Part shown: positions 46,501 through 53,478 of the stretch, one piece after another
How positions within the stretch are numbered: position 1 is the stretch's first letter
How the letters are laid out: every line of letters begins with the position of its first letter
Assembly (NCBI GenBank): GCA_041659785.1
Contig: JBAZXO010000002.1
Span: forward strand, 1 to 53,478
Direction: 5' to 3'
Origin: Minisyncoccota bacterium
Lineage (GTDB): Bacteria > Patescibacteriota > Minisyncoccia > Phycocordibacterales > UBA9973
DNA: 53,478 nucleotides
Position numbers and translations under genes: made by a program
Notes under the pieces: model-generated
The model's database searches: none
Seen by the model: only the letters and a program-made list of their open reading frames with translations
What the model was told of the DNA's origin: nothing

Positions 46501-46525
46501 TGTAAGGCAGAATTTTTCTAATCAT
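43517..46525 (-). CDS. VirB6/TrbL-like polytopic membrane protein
   Basis: Signal peptide; WGVVRDLSN, LLINFSMFF, RLVELWFLIIFSPFAF TM blocks; Gly-rich cytoplasmic tail; duplicated Cys module at N-terminus. Confidence 0.75.
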   Translation of the reverse strand: MIRKILPYIIIFIALIGLFSPISKINAQQNLSGICKYGQTQQAAYLTDCQKSAGSNGGGTWTARDGTVTQIPATTPPPAGPTGNGTCNYNLQGTPTQVVNSFVECQTLAGSNGGGTWTAGGVGGAVTQIPAGTSGTTPTGQVAPASPGGTTPFEVEINKQQCGFGVFFAGGTGSSIWPGCAIQISYGMFYTVPAFFLYTAAYFFNILVFISLGSGLFTNSFISQAWGVVRDLSNLFFILVLLYIAIKLIIGLGGSDVKKMIAKVIVVALLINFSMFFTQVIIDASNILALTFYNKLSVYTKDAQGNQRKYVALTGNETDIAGGLVGGFNPTTTLTEPFFSELRKTYIDGHLVKQEPTVPAGMLIAISILAGSLMYYTVFVLWVAGFAFLVRLVELWFLIIFSPFAFMSSSVPILGGLEYIGWDSWLKRLLKTAFMAPIFMFFLYFIFLLLHSNIFSELIPKASGTDDPAGAIKMYLGVFLPLILVNILLYKAMMYAVKSSGKVGEVILGAAKTGASLALGAVTGGTAMLATGTIGKIASTVASSENLKKAGVESKGIGGFLARTTLKAADYGQKASFDFGKSGAGKALSKASGLDFSRSVLGLRPNTEGGFKGAGERKSEALKEESKLYKTGKSDKEVEEWSKKHNVRNSKGEYYTKADELNRSRMEEFRDDILVGAHSLLGALAYSTVNLTGEIIDKNNFSKDGAYRKRYNEAYKNDPAKLAEMVYDSKIANDVNHKRVMMTKMAVGGTAAVLTGGAVGGVAAGAMGMGTLGTATGVTGGMGVGGISAGDYAMKEAAGESKFTKELEKGFKKMSGITDRIAENIKSIDKLHESLDKFIEKDASGKDTGNGLVTGDKDKGFTVNTGKIESELTKISFAEKMNEIELKRLVEQEKAGKDDPRVVGLFNETIKNGERKFELTKLKTAEKDLHNLKKENLDLGKDKSALEKEQEGGGTKHKEDKKSHEAPKENTAHKTEEEHEEEKPHEKPTESAHTPPAAHGHT

Positions 46526-46561
46526 TTTTGTTTTGAAACTTTGCTACTCTTCTTTCTGTTT

Positions 46562-48916
46562 TTAATATGAAGGCTCTCCAGTATAAGAGTAATCAGTTGG
46601 GCTAGCCTTAAAAATAATATTACAGTTTATGTCTATATTTATTAGACTGCTAATGTCTCCATACACATGTTGCGCATTTACCATAGGTAAATCGGTATAT
46701 CCTGGATTGCCTAAGTCATTTGTTGGGTTTCTAAATGTAAAGCCAGAAGCGTTCGCAGCATTTGCTTCAGCTTCCCATCCTAGTGGATTATAAGGCATTA
46801 TGCTTGTGTCTCCATGAGAATAACCGCTTACTATTGGTAAGTCGCAGAATTTATCTATTTCTTTTGTTCCACTTTGCGTGCTTTTTCCTTTCCCTGTTGT
46901 ATCGACTTCCCCCCAGCCTGCAGCAATTCTTTGGTTTGAGCATTTAATATTTAAGTCTTCCATGTTAAGTTTCTGATCCTTTAGGGTATTTAATTCATTT
47001 CGTGTGTTTTCTATACTAACCGTAGAAGAAATTGAAGGAATTATGGCATCATATTGTTTTGCTAATTCTATTAATTCTTTTTCTTCAGGAGAGCCCGAAA
47101 CTGGTTGAGTTGAAAAAGTTGAAGTCGCTAAGGTGTCAGCAATTGCACGCAATCTATCTAATGCTTGGGATTTTATTTGTTTTGCATCAATTAATTCCTT
47201 TAATTGTTGACGAAAACTATCTATTTCTTTTATGGCGTTTATATAAGTCGTTGCCCCAGGAAGTGAGTTTTTCATTTTTGTATTTATCCAACTTGTAAAC
47301 GAATCAACAGCAAACCTAAGTTCCTTTAGTGCAGCATTTGAGGCTCGTACTTTTAAGTTATCACTACTGCTGACGGCATCAGTAAATTTACCAGCAAAGA
47401 GACGTTGCTCTTCTTGCAGTCTATTTTCCCAAGCTTTATCTGGTCCTGGCAAGCATTGATCAAGAGTTTTAGCTTCTTGCGTCACTGGTTCCATTAATTG
47501 AACAATGCCAGGAACATAAAAGTTTGGACTGTTTGGATCTACATTATTTGGATTGGATGGGTTATTTGCATTACATAATGGATCAGTTGAATTACATGGA
47601 GGATTATCCATCAATCTAATTTCTAGGGTTGTGTTGTTTATTGCATCTTGTATGGTCTTTTTGAAATCACTAAGTACAATTACCGAATTCCAATTGAAGG
47701 TTGTGTTAGTTCCTGTGGCTGGGCTACTAAGAGTTTGTCCACCATAGCTCCAAGTGTCTGGGGTATTTGATTGGTTTGTTGTACTTGATAAGCTATTTAA
47801 ACCACTGCTTATAAATTTATTTAATAAAGCATCAAAGATTGCAGAAAGGCTGTTTCCCATAGCTGCGGCAAGTTCGGTTTGTCTTTGTCCCGAGGTCAAC
47901 GAAGTCATTATTTGATTAGAAACCACAGAACCAGGAGTAGTATTTACTAATCCTCCTGGGCAGGTATTTTTACCCTCCCATTCACCCTTAGCTAATCTAA
48001 GTTTTGCTTTAAAAACTACATCCCATTGTTCTGCGTCTATTCGCTCATTTTCTGTTGGGTTTAAAATATCTACGGGTGTTGGCATTAATGGTCTATAATT
48101 GCTAATAAATGCAGCTTCATCAAAGCTTGGTTTTTGAAATTCGTTTGTGCCGTTATTGTAGTCTGGATTAGATGGACAAGTTTGTGGAGACAAAAAGCCA
48201 TTTCCTTGTTGAAGAGTCGATGTAATTTTTTGTGCGTTATTTTGACTTGTGCCCTGCAGTCTTGCCGCGAGTTCATTGGTTGCAAGAATTTGAAACCCCA
48301 CATAATTATTTTGAGGATATTGAGTATTAACAAGAAAACCACTCCAACCACTATAATTAAAATTTTGGTAATTATTTAATGCTATAGGGTCTCTTAGAGC
48401 ATTACTCAAACTAAAAGCAGCATTGTCTGCAAGTGTTCTTTTGTAAGAGTTAATTATATTCAAAGAAAAATCTTTCCCGAAAGGATATTTTAAATTATCA
48501 TAACCAAACACACCTACTAGCGACCTTACTTCTGATTTTGCAATATCGTTAAAGAAAGAACTTGAATTCTCTACGAAAAGTGGTGATCCGTGAAAACCAG
48601 AATTTATCCAGTTCACTGTGCTTTGGGTTATTTTTTTAAGAAAAGATCTAGCTACAGCCATAAGAGCTTGTTTAATAAGCACTTCTGACCATTGTTTTAT
48701 TGAAAGAGAGGTATTCGTGACTGTTGATACTGAAGTTATCCAAGTAAAAGCCTTCGTTAGCCAAATTGCTGGGGCGCTAGGTATCTCAACAACCGGGACT
48801 ATTACTGCTTGTGCTTTTTGAGGATTAGAAAACAAAATAGATGGTGCTATTATTGAAATAATTAAAAGAGCAGAAATAAATTTTTTTATTTTATTTTTAA
48901 ATTTTATATTTTGCAT
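46562..48916 (-). CDS. Large exported protein of the T4SS-like cluster
   Basis: 784 aa; signal peptide; ITQSTVNWINSGF..SPLFV motif; coiled-coil C-terminal half with paired Cys. Confidence 0.65.
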   Translation of the reverse strand: MQNIKFKNKIKKFISALLIISIIAPSILFSNPQKAQAVIVPVVEIPSAPAIWLTKAFTWITSVSTVTNTSLSIKQWSEVLIKQALMAVARSFLKKITQSTVNWINSGFHGSPLFVENSSSFFNDIAKSEVRSLVGVFGYDNLKYPFGKDFSLNIINSYKRTLADNAAFSLSNALRDPIALNNYQNFNYSGWSGFLVNTQYPQNNYVGFQILATNELAARLQGTSQNNAQKITSTLQQGNGFLSPQTCPSNPDYNNGTNEFQKPSFDEAAFISNYRPLMPTPVDILNPTENERIDAEQWDVVFKAKLRLAKGEWEGKNTCPGGLVNTTPGSVVSNQIMTSLTSGQRQTELAAAMGNSLSAIFDALLNKFISSGLNSLSSTTNQSNTPDTWSYGGQTLSSPATGTNTTFNWNSVIVLSDFKKTIQDAINNTTLEIRLMDNPPCNSTDPLCNANNPSNPNNVDPNSPNFYVPGIVQLMEPVTQEAKTLDQCLPGPDKAWENRLQEEQRLFAGKFTDAVSSSDNLKVRASNAALKELRFAVDSFTSWINTKMKNSLPGATTYINAIKEIDSFRQQLKELIDAKQIKSQALDRLRAIADTLATSTFSTQPVSGSPEEKELIELAKQYDAIIPSISSTVSIENTRNELNTLKDQKLNMEDLNIKCSNQRIAAGWGEVDTTGKGKSTQSGTKEIDKFCDLPIVSGYSHGDTSIMPYNPLGWEAEANAANASGFTFRNPTNDLGNPGYTDLPMVNAQHVYGDISSLINIDINCNIIFKASPTDYSYTGEPSY

Positions 48917-48954
48917 TTTCTTATTTTAACTCTTTATATTATACGTCTTTTTGT

Positions 48955-49887
48955 TTAATTGTTCAATTTATTATTGATGATGTCTGTAAGTTTTTTTACA
49001 GCAGATTCTAAAAGAGTGGCATTGTTTTGATATTGGCTTATTCCGCTGAGTGCTACGATCACATCACTATCATAAAGCCTTATATCACTTGTATTTTCTG
49101 ATAATCTTTCTAATGCGTTCAGAATATCTAAATGTGTGGATGCAAGAAATTGTGGTACGTTCATTTTTGCCATTTCATTTATTGTTCCTTGTGTTTGTTT
49201 AATAATTGGGTCAAGCTCTACGAGCACACTTGAGTCAACGTTGTTTTCATCAATTACAAATTTTTGCAATACATCTAAAACAGTTCCTTTGTTTGGATAT
49301 TTTTGTTGAATATTATTAAGCGTGTCGTTGTAACTTTTTACAGCCTTAATGCTGTTGTCATTTATTACTTTTATATCAGAAAGTAAAAATATTTTTCTTA
49401 TGGGAGTATTTTGTATTTTTGAAGCAAGAGAATTACTTAATTGGTCTGCTGTATTTTGGTCCATTATTCCATTTTGGTTTAGTGCTGCTGTCGAAGAGAA
49501 AAGTTCTCTAGAGAATTTATCTGTTTGAGTTAGATTTTCTTCATTTTGAATATTTTCGGCATTTGCTTGGTTTGCATCATTTTCTTTAGCTTTTAGTTTG
49601 TTTATTGCTACACTGTCAGGTGTTCCAGGAGTCGTTTCTTTCTTGGTTGGGTCAAGGCCGTATAAACCTTCTTCCCAATCTGGCACTCCGTCGCCATCTT
49701 CATCTTTATATACTAATTCTTTTAATGTGGTGGTGTAAGCTAGCCCACTTTCTTGATTTTTAAAAACAGAATTGATGGAATTTTTAACCACTGAAGTGTT
49801 TTTTATTAAAAAAAGTGCAACAAGAAACAGCACCGCAAAAGTGATTGAAAGTATCCTTTTATGTTTTAACCAAATTTCTTTAATTAT
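48955..49887 (-). CDS. Membrane-anchored protein with DxDGDG Ca-binding motif; start ATA (49887) or GTG (49833)
   Basis: DEDGDGVPDWEEGLYGLDP; frame is open from ATA 49887, 6 nt after TG-T-TATAAT; no ATG before the TM segment. Confidence 0.65.
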   Translation of the reverse strand: MIKEIWLKHKRILSITFAVLFLVALFLIKNTSVVKNSINSVFKNQESGLAYTTTLKELVYKDEDGDGVPDWEEGLYGLDPTKKETTPGTPDSVAINKLKAKENDANQANAENIQNEENLTQTDKFSRELFSSTAALNQNGIMDQNTADQLSNSLASKIQNTPIRKIFLLSDIKVINDNSIKAVKSYNDTLNNIQQKYPNKGTVLDVLQKFVIDENNVDSSVLVELDPIIKQTQGTINEMAKMNVPQFLASTHLDILNALERLSENTSDIRLYDSDVIVALSGISQYQNNATLLESAVKKLTDIINNKLNN

Positions 49888-49930
49888 CTTTTAATTATAA
49901 CAATAAGGTATAAGCAAAGCAACGAATTTA

Positions 49931-49968
49931 CCCCCTTTCCTTAATAAGGAGAGGGTTGGGGTGAGGTG
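49931..49968. repeat. Palindromic mini-element, CCCCTCTCC/GGAGAGGGG family (degenerate)
   Basis: CCCCCTTTCCTTA-A-TAAGGAGAGGGTTGGGGTGAGG. Confidence 0.7.
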
Positions 49969-49973
49969 AATTT

Positions 49974-50846
49974 TTATTTAGCTAAATTTATCCAATCAGA
50001 GAGAGATAAATCTTCTGCCCTTTTGTTCCCCAGTTCCAATACACAGGCGTTGCCTGTGTATTTTAATATATTTTTTAGATTTGAGGAGAGTTTTTTTCTT
50101 TTGTGCGCGAAGCCAGTCTTTACTATTTCCCAAAATCTGGTTTCAAAATTCCCCTCTTGAGGGGTGGCTCGCTTGCGAGACGGGGTGGATATTCCACCTC
50201 CCCCTAAAGGGTACTCCTCAAGAGGAGAATTGGTGAATAATTTTCTAGAAATATTACTAATTTTAATTATTGCTGAATCTACCTTAGGTGCAGGGGAAAA
50301 GTATCGTGCGGCCACCTTCATTATCATCTTTGGTTCCCCATAAGCCTTGACTGATATGGATAAAATGCTTTCTTTGTTATCACGAGCGACTATTCTCTTT
50401 GCCACCTCGTGCTGAACCATTAAAACCATACATTCAGGCTGTTTTTTCTCTGTTAGAAATTTTTTCAAAATTGCACCAGTAATGTTGTAGGGGATGTTGG
50501 CGATTATTTTATAGTGAAATGTTTTCGAAAAACTTGGAAACGTTTCGCTAACGTTGAATTCTAAAATATCTTCATTTAATAAAACTAAAGCACCAGATTT
50601 TATTTCTGGAGCAAATTTTTCTTTTAGAAAAATAAAAAGTTCTCGATCTTTTTCCACAGCGATGACAATTCCCCGCCCCGCCCCATCGGGGTAAACATTC
50701 TCTAAAAGTTTCTCTGTGAGCGCTCCTTTACCTGGACCTATTTCTAAAATTACATCATTCTTTTTTATCTCCCCTGCTTCAACTATTTTTCTGAGCGCTA
50801 TTTCAGATTTTAGAAAATTTTGTCCGAGGGATTTTTTTGCTTTCAT
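49974..50846 (-). CDS. rsmA: 16S rRNA dimethyladenosine transferase RsmA/KsgA with in-frame insertions
   Basis: AKKSLGQNFL, LEIGPGKG, IIANIPYNIT, FSPAPKVDSA, RAEDLS. Confidence 0.96.
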   Translation of the reverse strand: MKAKKSLGQNFLKSEIALRKIVEAGEIKKNDVILEIGPGKGALTEKLLENVYPDGAGRGIVIAVEKDRELFIFLKEKFAPEIKSGALVLLNEDILEFNVSETFPSFSKTFHYKIIANIPYNITGAILKKFLTEKKQPECMVLMVQHEVAKRIVARDNKESILSISVKAYGEPKMIMKVAARYFSPAPKVDSAIIKISNISRKLFTNSPLEEYPLGGGGISTPSRKRATPQEGNFETRFWEIVKTGFAHKRKKLSSNLKNILKYTGNACVLELGNKRAEDLSLSDWINLAK

Positions 50847-52384
50847 ATAGACAAAACACTTTTAATTTCGAATAAATTTTTTGGGAAATAACTTTCTATT
50901 GTTGGCTCCATTAATTTTTCTACAGGGGAAAAATTGTCTGTGAGTATTACAGATGGATAATTTTTAAAAGATAAAACCGGGACTATTTTCTCTGCTAAAA
51001 AACTATTTTCCCCGACTGACAATTTTTTTATAAGCTCTTCTTCGTTTATAGGTAAGTTCCCTTTTATTCCTACCAAGGTTACGTTTTGTGTATATTCTGG
51101 ATTTGTTCCAAACGCAAATATGTAAAAGTTAGGAAAACTAATTTTAAATGTATTTAATACACTATTTGTAAATTCTGACTTTGTTCCGGAGAGTGAGCCT
51201 ATAAAATTTATAGCATAGATTCCATTATCATTTAATTTCTCTTTAACCTCGTCATTCCATTCTTTTGTTAAAAGATACCAAGGGACAGAAATAAAAGAAT
51301 TATAAGCATCACCAAAGATTACATCGTATTTTTCTTTATCTTTATTTATTACTATCTTTGCATCTCCTGCAACTGTTTTTATGTCATATTTTTTAAGGTT
51401 AAAAAAATTATTACCAATATTTATCATTTCTGGGTCTACCTCAACCACAGAAACATTTGCATTTTTATAATAATTTTTAAAATATTTTGGCATAGTATAT
51501 GCTCCAGCCCCTATGACTAAAATATTTTTTATATCTTGTTTTAAATTTCCAAAGACAGGATACATTTCTGGGTAATCTTCAGCTTTTTTTTCTGGTTCAA
51601 CGCTGTGAAAATCAAAATCTAAAGCAAGAATTCTAGATTTTCCATATGACGGAAGATCGGAATCAATAACTCTTGCATCATAATAATTTGTTTCTTTTTC
51701 GAAAACTATTTTTGGGTTTAATATTTTTTGTTGTGTTATATAAAGAATAATTGGCATTACAATAAGGGTAACTAAGAAAAGTAGAATTATTTTTTTATTT
51801 TTTAGGGCAAAAATTCCTCCTACGAAAAACAACACGAAAGACATAAGCCAGATCGTTTCCCTGCTTCCAATATTTGATATGAAAAAGAATCCTGTCAAAA
51901 ATACACCGAGTATTCCACCAGCTGACCAAGCAAAAGATAAAATACCATATTCACTACCAATTTTTGAAAAATCGTTGGCAAATTTTTTCAGAATTATCGG
52001 CTGGATAAGTCCTATCGCGAATGTGGGTAGTAAAAATAAATAAAGTGACAAATATAAATTTAAAGTCAATATTGAATCAGAAGAATCTGTAATAAAATTT
52101 GTATTTGCTGCCAATAGTGGAATTAAAGAAACTAGTATTGATGAGATTAAAAATGTTAACGGAAGTGCTTTGTTGTTTTCAGCCCTGTCTGCTATCTGAC
52201 CTCCAACATAGCTACCAATTGCTAGCCCCAGTAAGGTTATCCCTATTACAGATGTCCAGGTGAATACCGAAGATCCTATTATTGGAGCTACTATTCTTCC
52301 AGAAATAAGCTCAACTGTCATTACAGAAAAACCAGCAAGGAATGAACTTAATATATAGAATGTATGTTTTGTAAAAATCCTCAT
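50843..52384 (-). CDS. Fused membrane domain / spermidine-synthase-like methyltransferase
   Basis: Seven TM segments (VMTVELISGRIVAPIIGSS), then LVIGAGAY, VEVDPEM, YDVIFGDAY, LTDNFSP. Confidence 0.85.
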   Translation of the reverse strand: MRIFTKHTFYILSSFLAGFSVMTVELISGRIVAPIIGSSVFTWTSVIGITLLGLAIGSYVGGQIADRAENNKALPLTFLISSILVSLIPLLAANTNFITDSSDSILTLNLYLSLYLFLLPTFAIGLIQPIILKKFANDFSKIGSEYGILSFAWSAGGILGVFLTGFFFISNIGSRETIWLMSFVLFFVGGIFALKNKKIILLFLVTLIVMPIILYITQQKILNPKIVFEKETNYYDARVIDSDLPSYGKSRILALDFDFHSVEPEKKAEDYPEMYPVFGNLKQDIKNILVIGAGAYTMPKYFKNYYKNANVSVVEVDPEMINIGNNFFNLKKYDIKTVAGDAKIVINKDKEKYDVIFGDAYNSFISVPWYLLTKEWNDEVKEKLNDNGIYAINFIGSLSGTKSEFTNSVLNTFKISFPNFYIFAFGTNPEYTQNVTLVGIKGNLPINEEELIKKLSVGENSFLAEKIVPVLSFKNYPSVILTDNFSPVEKLMEPTIESYFPKNLFEIKSVLSI

Positions 52385-52391
52385 GTTTTTA

Positions 52392-53478
52392 TTATAGGTA
52401 AATTGTCTTTATTCCGCTAGCTTCGCCTTCTTTTTCTAAAAGATCAGCTGGAATGTCAGAAATAAATTCTGAAGGCGCATTTATGTTACGTGAACCGAAA
52501 ATTGTGCGGAAATTCGCAAAGGATAAAAACAATTTTTCTTTTGCGCGAGTGAGCGCCACATAGAAGAGCCTTCGTTCCTCTTCACTATCTTCATTTGTTT
52601 TACTCTCATTTTGTCTTTCATGTGGGAAGAGTCCATCTTCTAGTCCAGTAACGAAAACGTATTTAAATTCAAGGCCTTTTGAAGCATGGACAGTCATTAA
52701 CTTTACAGCATTTATTGCTTCTTTTTTCTCCCCTCTTTCTATTAATGAATCTTGGTCTGATGCGAGTGAAGCATCTTCTAAAAGCTTTTCTATGCCTCCT
52801 GGATAAGGGATTTCATCATATTTTAAGGCAAGCGTAGCAAGCTCTTTTATGTTTTCGAGCCTTTCTATGTCTTCTTCAGTGCCACTACTAAGCTCCTGTT
52901 CAATGCCAGACTTTTTTACTACGAACTTAATTATTTCTGAAGTTTTTGAACTTTCAATTTTTTCTTTTATTTGTGAAAGTAGGTTATAGAAATTTTCTAC
53001 CCTCAATAAAGTTTTTACCGGTAATTTTTCCTTTTCTCCGGCAAAAATTTTTACTAAAGTGGCCTTGCCGATGCCTCGTGTGGGGAAATTTATAATTCTT
53101 TTTATGTCCGACAAGCTATCAGGATTTAATGCTGCTCGTAAATACGCCAGAGTGTCTTTTATCTCTTTTCTCTCAAAAAATTTAACACCTAAAACTTGAT
53201 ATGGGATATTGTAGCGAAGCATCGCTTCTTCTAACGCTCGAGATTGGAAGTTGGCTCTATATAAAATCGCAATGTCAGCGAAGTCGGTAATATTTTTTTT
53301 CAGGATATCCTGCTTCGCAACGTCACCGTTCAAAAAATTATTACCGACTTCGCTTTTAGCGTAGCTGGATGTGCTTTTTCGAATGGTCTGGGGATTTTTT
53401 CCGAGGACCTGAGAAAAAGCATCTCCAGTGGAGCTATCCATAATTTCAAGAATTTTTGTGGCGACAAATTCAGCTTCG
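52392..53478 (-). CDS. pcrA: UvrD/PcrA helicase, C-terminal part (5' end outside window)
   Basis: IAILYRANFQSR, FFERKEIKD, INFPTRGIG, LMTVHASKGLEF, EERRLFYVALTRA. Confidence 0.93.
   Translation of the reverse strand, partial: EAEFVATKILEIMDSSTGDAFSQVLGKNPQTIRKSTSSYAKSEVGNNFLNGDVAKQDILKKNITDFADIAILYRANFQSRALEEAMLRYNIPYQVLGVKFFERKEIKDTLAYLRAALNPDSLSDIKRIINFPTRGIGKATLVKIFAGEKEKLPVKTLLRVENFYNLLSQIKEKIESSKTSEIIKFVVKKSGIEQELSSGTEEDIERLENIKELATLALKYDEIPYPGGIEKLLEDASLASDQDSLIERGEKKEAINAVKLMTVHASKGLEFKYVFVTGLEDGLFPHERQNESKTNEDSEEERRLFYVALTRAKEKLFLSFANFRTIFGSRNINAPSEFISDIPADLLEKEGEASGIKTIYL

Noticed and set aside
243-48821. Numerous antisense or alternate-frame ORFs in the track (e.g. 654-1070, 1895-2347, 12535-12834, 36489-36992, 42903-43376)
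   Set aside because: Shadows of well-supported genes on the other strand or frame, with no independent motifs.
35588-49887. Conjugative ICE
   Set aside because: No relaxase, VirD4, integrase or boundary repeats in view; composition matches the host and the flanks are core genes.

Overview
A 53.5-kb AT-rich chromosomal window around the replication origin of a Patescibacteria (CPR) bacterium, probably Parcubacteria/Nomurabacteria-like (taxon inferred from gene content and style, not from a search). It holds the conserved origin block (tyrS, PBP1A, dciA-like, dnaN, oriC candidate, dnaA, rpmH, rnpA, yidD, yidC, jag) and a dense DNA-repair set (ruvA, mutM, uvrC, uvrA, uvrB, holA, polA, ruvB, ruvC, partial pcrA). 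It also has two tRNAs (Arg-GCG, Lys-UUU), a PilB-type ATPase, a large repeat-built surface protein, a foreign-looking collagen-like gene, and a 14-kb type IV secretion-like cluster (pilin-transglycosylase fusion, VirB4, PrgI, VirB6-like) with no relaxase or integrase in view. The most unusual signals are as follows. (1) A four-helix-bundle (bAvd/IVS-like) gene sits exactly between two oppositely oriented arrays of 8/9-nt repeats, and empty or solo copies of the same arrays occupy six other operon junctions, always in the same orientation relative to transcription. (2) Several families of palindromic mini-elements occur between genes and in-frame inside essential genes, including one element found in opposite orientations in uvrB and pcrA. 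(3) A candidate ~150-nt structured ncRNA lies between pilB and ruvB. (4) Leaderless promoter architecture is pervasive, with a -10 hexamer 6-8 nt before ATG. No CRISPR array, rRNA, transposase, integrase or reverse transcriptase is visible. Product calls come from motif recognition only.
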